Assembly: GCA_051362555.1 (NCBI GenBank)
Contig: CM120644.1
Span: forward strand, 5,898,954 to 5,962,953
Direction: 5' to 3'
DNA length: 64,000 bases
Origin: Lingula anatina
Taxonomy: Eukaryota > Animalia > Brachiopoda
Below are positions 1 through 9,488 of this stretch, piece after piece. The translations under genes were made by a program, and so were the position numbers. Positions within the stretch are counted from its first letter, which is position 1, and every line of letters begins with the position of its first letter. The notes under the pieces were generated by a model, which was given only the letters and a program-made list of their open reading frames with translations, was not told the DNA's origin and did not search any database.

Positions 1-171
1 ATTTGTGAGGATGAAGGACAGAGGAGCATTATGTAGTGTAATGGTAATAAGCAACAGTGTTTAGTAGAACATTTTCAGTATGGTCCCAGCAACCTTGAGT
101 AAAGATAAGGCATGGGGTTGATATTATAACATCTCATTAAGGTAGTGTATTTATTTTATTTGATTTTTCAG

Positions 172-1014
172 TTCCATGACTTGGCCCAGGTGATGTGCGA
201 GGCTCTAAAGGGGAAGGGTTACTGGGCAGACTTCATTGACCCTTCCAGTGGGAGACCAGTGAGTGAACTATGAAGTGTTCCTAAGTATAAAGATAATTCT
301 CTCTCTCTCTCTCTTTCTCTCTCCGCATTCAGAACGGTGGACTTACTAGTCCGTGGGTCAAATATGGCGACCTACTAAAAAGTTTGCTGTCTTATCCGCT
401 AATAGACACTGAATAGATTCCCCATGGGGAATATTTGACCCTCTGACTAGTTTGTCCACTGTTCTGAATGAGGCTTCTCTCTCCCTCTGCCTCTCTAGGG
501 GGACTTGGATTTAAAAGGCACATGCTGATGGAATATTTTCAAGGTGAACGCGTGAAAACTACAGTCGAACCTAAGATGAATTTATATAACATGTAGGTTC
601 TGTACTCTGGTCAACTTATTTTGGTACCTTGGTTAGTAAAATAACTTTATTTTATGAATATTTCAGTTAAAACATACCAATTATACATGTGCATTGAATA
701 TTTCTGTCGTATTTTGTTTAAAAATATATATTCAATATTCCGGTCAAATTTTCTTTCAGTACTATGGAGACTTCACCAACGCGACTTTATTCGAGACGGA
801 CGAGCGCTACAAACACTTCGGTTTCGACATTGATGACGCTGGATGCTGTAAGGTGATCTCGCACCCGCTGTGGGGAACCCGGGTTTTCGTGGGATGTCTA
901 TTCACCAACGCCCCCAGTGACGACCCAATACACAAGTCTATGCTGATGGAGCTAAAGACACTGGAAGAGAAAGAGCCCGTGATGGCGCCAGATGAGCCAC
1001 CGGCTAAGACTTAA
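172..1014 (+). CDS. MMADHC: Cobalamin trafficking protein CblD (MMADHC), last two coding exons; gene starts upstream of the window
   Basis: Exon 172-258 (ttttcag|...CCA|gtgagt) encodes [29 protein letters not shown]. Exon 760-1014 (tttcag|) encodes [52 protein letters not shown]...stop. The join is phase 0. [27 protein letters not shown] and LWGT match the MMADHC C-terminus as I know it. Confidence 0.93.
323..473. mobile_element. Small intronic MITE (~150 bp) in a (CT)n tract
   Basis: Left end CCGCATTCAGAACGGTGGACTTACTAGTCCGTGGGTCAAATAT is an imperfect inverted repeat of the right end ATATTTGACCCTCTGACTAGTTTGTCCACTGTTCTGAATGAGG. It shares CCGCATTC and AAATATGGCG with the MITE at 25189-25490. 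Confidence 0.7.
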
Positions 1015-3083
1015 AATATTGAAAAAAAACTGTTGGAAGTTAAAAGCGGACTTTGTATGGTGTTAGGTATTGTGCTAGTTGACATTATGTGGAGCTAAGC
1101 TTAAAGTTTATTTTTGTTGAAATAATTCAACCTTGCATTCCCCTCCTTTTATTTTCAATAATGAAAATTGACTGAAAAATGGGGTGAGGGATAAATAAGC
1201 TTGTAAATGTCCTATGATGATCATAAAAAGTGAATATGAAGTCAAAAAACACTTATTTACAGGACTGAACAGTGACGAAATATCAAAGAGGAGAGTAACA
1301 AAAAGATTTGAAAGGAAAGCCAATCAAACATGTTTAACATATTGTATTGGTATTGTATAAAAAGATTTGCGTTTGACTTTGTCAAATTTCGCTGTTCTTT
1401 CAATCGTTCGCGGAGGCAGGTATGAAATAAATTACAATGACAGATTATTTGACTCTGAACAACAAAGAGATGACGACAGCAAAGTTAAAAAGATCGTCGC
1501 ATCGTCAGGGTTACAGAAAGTGTTCACAATGTTACATTAGCGCTATTTTCTTTTAAATTGCCATCTCGGCGTTGGTACATATAGCTCTATTACATGACAG
1601 GGTGGCAACCAATTTGGGGGGAGGGGGGAGGGGGGGTAACACATGATTATCACTATATATATATATGTGTGTCTGAAAAGACCTAATAATTTAATTGGAT
1701 TTTTGATATGAAATCTTTCTCACCGTATTTATCCAGCTGTGGGGAGGGGGGGGGGGGCAGCGTAATAATTTTACCATATATATTAATAATTCTTTGAGAA
1801 GTTCTGATAATGTACATTGGGTTTTTGATACGAATTTTTTTTCACTGTATTTACCCAGCTTCTACAGCATCTATGGTTTCTCAGCGTATTCGGGCATCTT
1901 TGAAAAATAACCTAGATTTCTGTTCTCTCAAATGATTGGGTTCTATAATTGTGCTAAAATGAGAACATGGATTGTGCCAGAAGCATTTCTTAACGGTTTT
2001 ATCTGAATTAGATATAAGCGGTATCAACTAAGGACAAAATGGAATTCCTAATCTAAATTTTTACATCACACGGTGTACAATAAATCTATGTTCGTTTGTT
2101 ATAATGGTTTTTTTGTGTGATGTTTTGAAATCGCATCATATTTGTCTTTAGAAGAAATGTCCTCAAGTAAGTCGTATTGCGGTTCAAGATGAGTATCGTT
2201 TCTGTATAAAAAAGCAAATTTGATGACTTTCGAATCATTGAACGGATTTCTTGAATAAAACTTATTTAAAAGTGTTTGCGTCTTTTAGAATACATGTTAC
2301 AACTGGTACGATTCGATATGTTTTACGCCGAGATGTACGTGCCTTTATTATTATTATTTGTTGCTCATTTAGAAAATTGGTATCAAAAGATGTTATCTGA
2401 CATTTTTCATGGAATGGAATTATGAGTTCTTAAAAGCCGAATCCAATTGTTCACAGTCCTGTAATAAGTGGTAGCTAAGGCCTACATATTGTATAGTTGG
2501 CTTGAATTGTCATCTTCGTGCTTGGTAATACATAACACCTCGTCTTCATGTGAACGTCGATCTAGTAATGAAAATGCGTTGATGTGATACTTGGATGAAC
2601 GTGATCGCCGTTAGCGTGTTGTGAAACTCCCTTTACACAAGAGCCCAATCAATGTACGCCGTTTGGGAACAGGTGCTTTAATTTTCTAAATGTAACATTG
2701 ATGTCTAGTAGGAAGAGTGGATAAAATTTAATTTCTGGATTCTGTGCACGATCCACAGGATCGAATACTGCTGTTTGCTGGCAGAGGAATCTGTTATCAA
2801 ATACGTGTTTGGTGTTCACCATATGGTTGTTTACGCTGTTGTTCTACTTATTGTTGCCATCATTTCATCTTATTCAATCTCTCAGCCCTGCGACTCATCA
2901 CAATGCACGAAATACACAAAAAAGCATTTTGAAATGAAATGACTATTACATGTTAAAGAAAAACATCAAATTGGCAGTTATCTTAGTTCTGATTCGTTTT
3001 TAAGAATAGATTCCAAGCCATTGCTCAACGACAGAAATTCGATAAGTTTAAAGATGCTTGTGTTAAAACCCCCATAGTCAAAC

Positions 3084-3797
3084 CTAGATATTTTGATACG
3101 TTGCTTTACTTGTGCTATCATCCGGAGCAGCCGGATCCTTGCAGTCTTCAGCTTGCTCAATTCGAATTTCTGGAATATCACTTCGACAAAAAGTGACCTC
3201 AGAGGTTGGGATGTGGACATTGGCGTAGCCGTAGGTCTGAACATTTTGGTACAGCGAGGTGGTTTCTTTTGAGGATTTGGCTGTAGAGGGAAACTCTATG
3301 TATTCCCCTCCCAGGTTTTCAGCGGTCGATTTTGAAGCCACGTCTGGTCCTAAGTCGAGATAAGTATAGGACTCGCTGGACAAATCTAAATACAGCGGAT
3401 CCTGACTGCTGGTCAGGTCCAAGTAAACCGGATGTGTTGTGTTGGCTAAATCCAGATAATCAGGGATAGCGCCCTTGGTTTCAAGACCTGTCGTGTTCAT
3501 AGCGTCGGTGATCATGTTGTCAATAACGGACTTCTTTGGTGACAAATTGTTAAATGCGGGATCATCTCCTGTCTCCAATGAGGTCTTTTTTGTCGCACTA
3601 GCTCTCCGGCGCCTTATAAAAAAGACCACAACAAAGGCAAAGAGGAGGCCCATAGAAATGGCGACAGGGAAACCGACGACGATGGACAGATCCGAGCTAT
3701 TGGCATTGGGCTCCACTGCGGCTAGTGTAGTTGAGGGATAAACGTCGGTAGTGGAAGGGGAGACTGTGATTAAAACAGGACCATCACGGCTTGACAT
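3084..3797 (-). CDS. Single-pass membrane protein with multi-tyrosine (ITAM-like/YxN) cytoplasmic tail, paralog 1 (237 aa)
   Basis: About 36-aa Ser/Thr-rich N-terminus with an NSS sequon, then a hydrophobic segment (LSIVVGFPVAISMGLLFAFVVVFFI) and RRRR. The tail has 4x YLDL, YIEF, YQNV, YANV and YQNI. Clearly homologous to 6432-7202. There is an in-frame TAG shortly upstream of the ATG and a candidate upstream exon with a GTGAGT donor at 4393. Confidence 0.8.
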   Translation of the reverse strand: MSSRDGPVLITVSPSTTDVYPSTTLAAVEPNANSSDLSIVVGFPVAISMGLLFAFVVVFFIRRRRASATKKTSLETGDDPAFNNLSPKKSVIDNMITDAMNTTGLETKGAIPDYLDLANTTHPVYLDLTSSQDPLYLDLSSESYTYLDLGPDVASKSTAENLGGEYIEFPSTAKSSKETTSLYQNVQTYGYANVHIPTSEVTFCRSDIPEIRIEQAEDCKDPAAPDDSTSKATYQNI

Positions 3798-5102
3798 TGC
3801 ACCGTAGCTGTTATCCTAGTTCTAAAGGTACAAATTGTTACATGTAGCTGTGTTTATCTTATTGCTGTTAAATATATATACTTATACTATGCCATCAAAA
3901 ACTGTCATCCCTACTGCATTTATGTTCACTAGTTTAAGGGTACCATGAGATTTATTTTACTTTTACAGAACATCGACTAGGCAACCGATCATCTTGTACA
4001 TTGTCGATAAGTGTAGCTATAGTAGAACTTTGTGCTACATGTACTTAGTGCTACCATTGAAATACCTCAACACTGTTTTTTAAATATGCGGCCCCTAAGT
4101 AAGAGGGATACAATTTTTACCAGCCGGTAACGTAGGAGGGACTTTTGATCAGCCGAACTGAAGAAAAATACTTCGTTTCACGCTTATAAAATATTCATGT
4201 TAAAAAGGCCGAACGACTTTGTCTGCTGTTTAAAAGAAACACACCTACCTCCCGTGCTTGTAGCGTAGAGTTATTGGTCCCATGCATATAACTAAAAGTA
4301 TTAAGTAAGTAATATATGTCAGATTTTGATTCAGATTTCATTCACGTAGTAATTAAAACCCTCATTGCAACAGCTGCATGTGTATACACTCACTTCTGAC
4401 GTAATACAAACTCTTCCCTACTGCCCGTGCTCATAACTAATGCGCCATCTTTCATAATAGTTTTCAAATATCAGTACAAATCAACAATCCTACTGCGAGT
4501 GATGCCAAATGTCCATTAAAACGGCGTCTTTGTATCATAAAAAGCGAAGAGTTGGGTAGGCCGGAAAATGTGAAATGTACTAACTGGTAGACGTGTACAC
4601 TTATAAAGGCGTGTCTTATTGTCTGCACTTGAAAAACTATTACCCAAATATGCCATGAATGTCATTGTTATTAGCAAGGGCATCAGTGTGATCTAGTATT
4701 TGGCGGTGTTTCCGGGAGGGAATATGATATCAATTTATGTAACATGAACCAGAGCAATGCAATCACAAAAGGGTGTTAGATACATTATAAGACCTACAAT
4801 TGACAAGCAGTTATTGTCAAAGTAGCAAATCGGTTTCACATCGTTTTATTGAAATTAAAAAGCTAGCATTTGGTTTTCAGAGAACGAAATATATATGTGC
4901 TTCATATTTGAAGCAAGTGAATTCAGCTTGAAAACCAGAGCAAAATACCTTAGCTTTTATTATATATATAATAAGTTGTAATCCTAATAATTTTACCTGT
5001 AAACAGCACTGAGACGCTAGTGTAGTGCGGTTTTAAGAAATAAATATTATTATTATTATTATTATTAAGATAGCAAAATAAAGCATCTTCACAGTTAACT
5101 TA

Positions 5103-6488
5103 CACACACTGGACAAAAGAAGTGTCACCCCCTACCTCAGAGTAATAAAAGTAGGCAGATCTTGGGTACTTACAATGCCTGGTCTACTTATAATGTGACT
5201 AATGAGTATAAAACCGCTATACCATGGAATTGTATTGTTGGTCTTGTACATGTACAGCAAATCTTATTCCTGTCTTCCTCCAATATGGCAAGATACAGGC
5301 AATTATCTAACGGTTATAGGTGCAAGTTATTAACCTGAAGAGGCGGAATATAAGCAATGTCAGAATATCGATACAATTGAATTGTTCAGTCAGAACCGTG
5401 CAGAGGGTCTGGTCTCGGTATAGAAACACTGGATCAAGAGACAAATTGCCTCTGATGGGTCGTCCAAGAAAAAATACTGGCCGTGAAGACCGACGACTGA
5501 TTTTGATGTCCAGGTTGTCAAAGTTCGACACTGCTTGTCAGTTGACAACACAGTGGAACAATTTCACACATAAGAATGTGTCTGTGAAAATTGCTAGGCG
5601 TCGGTTACATGCTCTGAGAGTGTACAGCAGGGTAGCAAGACTGAAACATCTTATATCGTTACAAAACAGGCAACGTAGAGTAAACTAGGGTCAACAGGAT
5701 CTGGAACTGGACATTTCATGACAATTGGTCCTATATATTTTTTTCTGATGAGTGTCGTTTGGTCTGACCTCTGATGACAGACGGGTAAAATGCTGGCAAA
5801 CTGCTGGTAAAGCATTTGAACCACATGCACTGAATTTTCGAACCCGGAGCAGCATATTCATCATGGTGTTGGACTGCATCAGCATCCATGGCTTGGGCGA
5901 ATTGATAGTGGTTAATGGAAACATGAATCACTAGAAATATATCGATGTTTTGGAGTCAGGCTTGCTACCATCTATTACTAACATGTTTGGTGACAGGAAT
6001 TATTCATTTGTTCACCAGGATGACAATGCTCCTTGTCACAGGCCCAGAGCAGTTGATGATTGGTTTGACCAACAGGACATTCGCAGGGTGATGTGGCCTG
6101 CCCAGAGTCCGGATGCAAACATAATAGAAAATGTGTGGAATGATATGTCAAAACTTTTCACAAATGCCCGTCTAACCAGCAGAGAAACTCTGTTATATTC
6201 AGTGTTTCATGCTTGGGCCAGCATAAGCCCTGAACGCATCAGACAATTACATTAAACCTTGCTTCGTAGACTGGCACCTATTATTAGGTCACGTGGCTAT
6301 GCCACTAAGTACTAATTTTGGACTTGAAACTGCATATTTTGGTAGAATGTATATTTTGTTCTCATTTTGTGATTTTTTGTGAAATTTGATGTTAATAAAA
6401 TGATACCAGGAGCATATCATTCCACAGTCATTTATCTCCCCCATAGTATTGGCTCAGTAGGGGTGACACTTCTTTTGTCCAGTGTGTG
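5103..6488 (+). mobile_element. Tc1-family (DD34E-type) DNA transposon, full length but decayed
   Basis: TIRs CACACACTGGACAAAAGAAGTGTCACCCC at both ends, flanked by TA (5101-5102 and 6489-6490). Transposase remnants run from ATG 5285 to TAA 6315: GRPRK HTH linker, FSDE, QDDNAPCH, WPAQSPDANIIENVW. They are broken by frameshifts and stops (5688, 5934, 6255). Confidence 0.93.
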
Positions 6489-7202
6489 TAGATTGTTTTG
6501 GTAAGTGGCTTCACTGGTACTAGCATCCGGGGCAGCCGGACCCTTGCAGTCTTTAGCTTGTTCAATTCGAATTTCTGGAATATCACTTCGACAAAAAGTG
6601 ACCTCAGAGTTTGGGATGTCGACATTGGCGTAGCCGTGGGGCTGAACATTTTGGTACACCAAGGTGGTTTCTCTTGGGGGTTTGACTGTGGAGGGAAACT
6701 CTATGTATTCCCCTCCAAGGTTTTCAGCGGCCGTTTTTGAAGCCACGTTTGGTCCTAAGTCGAGATAAGTATGGGACTCGCTGGACAAATCTAAATACAG
6801 CGGATCCTGATTGCCGGTCAGGTCCAAGTAAACCGGATGTGTTGTGTTGGCTAAATCCAGATAATCAGGGATAGCGCCCTTGGTTTCAAGACCTGTCGTT
6901 TTCATAGCGTTAGCGATCACTTCGTCATCAATGGACTTCTTTGGTGACAAATTGTTGAATGTGTGATCATCTCCTGTCTCCAATGAGGTCTTTTTTGTCG
7001 CACTAGCTCTTCGGCGCCTTATAACGAAGACCACAACAAAGGCAAAGAGGAGACCCAATAACAATGCGACAGGGACACCGACGACGATGGAGAGAACCGT
7101 GTTATTGGCATTGGGATCGACTGCGGCAATTGTAGATGAGGGGTCAGCTACTGTAGTGGAAGGGGTGTTAGTAATAAGAACTATGGGGTCCATTGTTGCC
7201 AT
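6432..7202 (-). CDS. Single-pass membrane protein with multi-tyrosine tail, paralog 2 (256 aa; last 18 aa derive from the Tc1 end)
   Basis: Same architecture as 3084-3797: S/T-rich N-terminus with an NNT sequon, TM, RRRR, 4x YLDL, YIEF, YQNV, YANV, YQNN. An acceptor tttttacatctag lies just upstream of the ATG. A candidate 5'UTR exon ends at a GTAGGT donor at 7748. Confidence 0.8.
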   Translation of the reverse strand: MATMDPIVLITNTPSTTVADPSSTIAAVDPNANNTVLSIVVGVPVALLLGLLFAFVVVFVIRRRRASATKKTSLETGDDHTFNNLSPKKSIDDEVIANAMKTTGLETKGAIPDYLDLANTTHPVYLDLTGNQDPLYLDLSSESHTYLDLGPNVASKTAAENLGGEYIEFPSTVKPPRETTLVYQNVQPHGYANVDIPNSEVTFCRSDIPEIRIEQAKDCKGPAAPDASTSEATYQNNLHTLDKRSVTPTEPILWGR

Positions 7203-7964
7203 TGCGCTGACCTAGATGTAAAAATACTTAAGGTCAGCTGTATATTTAACTGCATGTACAAACTTGTATATTGGGAAGGAGATGATGCGTAAAACTGCCC
7301 TAAATCATAACTGGAAGACGGGAGGAATCAGTTATGTTAAAATTATGTTGCTGCTTCTATTTCTAGGATTATACTTTCTGAAAAATAATTTTCTTCTTCA
7401 AGCACATTTTCACAAAGTGTACGTATTAGAAAAATCTGAGAGACATTGTCAACTGTTTTAAAACGAGCATCCCAGCCGACACATACAGGCCGTCATCATA
7501 ACGTTACTATAATGTTGTTTATTCACATAAACGTCATGCTAACGTTACAATGTCGTTCTGTGTTTGCTGGGATATCTCCATTGTTATTAAGGATCAGTGA
7601 GTACTTTAATGGAGATGATTTTTATTTATTTATTTTTATTTAAACATTTAAAACTGTTATTACCAACTGATATTTGTCGAATTTCGAGTTAAATTCCATT
7701 CAATTTTTAAAAGATTCCGCCTCTCCTGACAGCTTGCTGCGCACCTACCTCTGACGTGATACAATCTTCAAAACTGCTTCATCTCAAAAACGAAAACACC
7801 AACTCTCATACTTTTTCTCTTTTTGCCGTAACAATTCAACAATGCTTCTAGAAATGATGCCAAATGAATCTTCAAATGTATCTTCGTTACAGAAAAATGG
7901 AGTGTTTCAACAGACAAGAAATGTTCGTAAATATGTACACACGTTCGTTGGTGACCTGTTCTCT

Positions 7965-7971
7965 TTTTATA
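7965..7971 (-). promoter_or_regulatory. Candidate TATA box of paralog 2
   Basis: TATAAAA on the minus strand, upstream of the putative non-coding first exon (~7749-7940). That exon is recognisably similar to 4394-4560 upstream of paralog 1. Confidence 0.35.
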
Positions 7972-8265
7972 GTGTATTTATCATCTCTCTAACGCCGCTG
8001 TAATTGAAATTTTCCATTACATTAATCACATTAATCTGATACACCAGTATTGATTTGGTAAACAGATAGTTAAAGGTTGAAAAAAATGTCCCAATAAACA
8101 TCATTCTTCTCTATATTTTGAGCCCATTTTCCCCTTTCGCCTCATATTCCACTTTTTTTCCTTTTTGCGCCTTACTTTTTTCATTTTTTTTTTCAGAAAC
8201 AAATATTACGCATCAGTTACATTCATGATTCCATTAACAATAACAACATTCTACCTGCACTATTA

Positions 8266-9174
8266 ATGTGTACAGTGTATGGTTCATCGCCCATGATGAA
8301 TGGAACTAAAGAAACAAACGAGCGTAATGACTCGAAAACATCTCAGTCAACGAAAAGACTTCACTCGGAACTCTCAAACTCCAGTGGCGATGAATCTCAA
8401 CTCATTATGCAAGAAATGCTAGAAATCAAAACTGAATTAAAACAAATAATAAAAGACGAGGTGGGCGGAATAAAAGCTATGGTAGACGTGATGGTTAAAG
8501 TCTTGAAAAAAGCCATGGAAAAGCGGTTTTTAGAAATGGAAATGAAATTCGACGTGAGATTCGGAAGACTGAAAGAGGGATACGATCACTTGTCAACTGA
8601 AAACCAACTATTGAAAGAGCAGATTATGGACAATAAAAGAGAAATTACAAGGTTAGCAAAAACAGCAGAGAAAGCTGGCAACATGTCCAAAGAAGCTCAA
8701 ATCAATGCCAACTACAATGAGCAATACTCCCGAAAAAACAACATCAAGATCTACGGAGTGAAAGAGGAGACATGGTCGGCATGTTGTCCAACTGCTACAG
8801 ACGGAAACGGGTGTACGGGTGACCAGTGAAGAGATCGTTGCCGTTCACAGGATACCTGGAAAGCGAGGACAGGAAAGACCAATACTACTGAAAGTTAAGA
8901 ACACTGATGTGAAAGCACGGATTATGAAAAACGTGCAGTACTCAGGAAATCGGGAAAGAATATGAAACTTTCAGACGATGTAACCAAACGTAACATGGAG
9001 CTTTTACACAGACTAAATGAGAGTCAGCTAATAGAACAAGCGTGGTACTTTAACGGGAGCGTCTATGGCAAACCAAAAAACACTGATGACAAAATAAAAT
9101 TCGACATATTTGACATCATTGACGAAAAAATAAAAAAGAAAAACTATAAATTAAATGCAAAAGACTTATTATAA
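8266..9174 (+). pseudogene. LINE ORF1 remnant (frameshifted)
   Basis: ORFs 8266-8829 and 8962-9174 are joined by an intervening frame reading EEIVAVHRIPGKRGQERPILLKV, as is typical of ORF1 in CR1/L2-type elements. Confidence 0.75.
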
Positions 9175-9488
9175 ACTGTACAGGTACATCTTTCTATCTG
9201 ACGATGGTATATAATCAGGACTAAACTGATTATGATGACTTTTGTGTGTAATGTTGTAAGTGAAGCGTTGCATGTGCTTCTGTATATTTATTCATTTTGT
9301 TTCTTATCCACTCTACCAAGCCAGTTCTCATTCGACTGCTTGGCTGTTGCTATATACTATGCACATCCGCTTCCTTTTCCCCCTTTTTTTTCCTCTGACT
9401 ATGAACTTTAGCTTTCCAAAATATAACCTAAGAGGACTGAGGGGAGGGCATGGCTGGGGACGGGGGTACTTGGTGATCATTCACATGA

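Noticed and set aside
694-759. N-terminal part of the 106-aa ORF
   Set aside because: It is intronic. MMADHC similarity begins at the acceptor at 760.
2978-6740. Overlapping and antisense ORFs (2978-3244, 3475-3741, 6428-6649, 6498-6740)
   Set aside because: These are shadows of the adaptor CDSs. Their recurrence is explained by the duplication.
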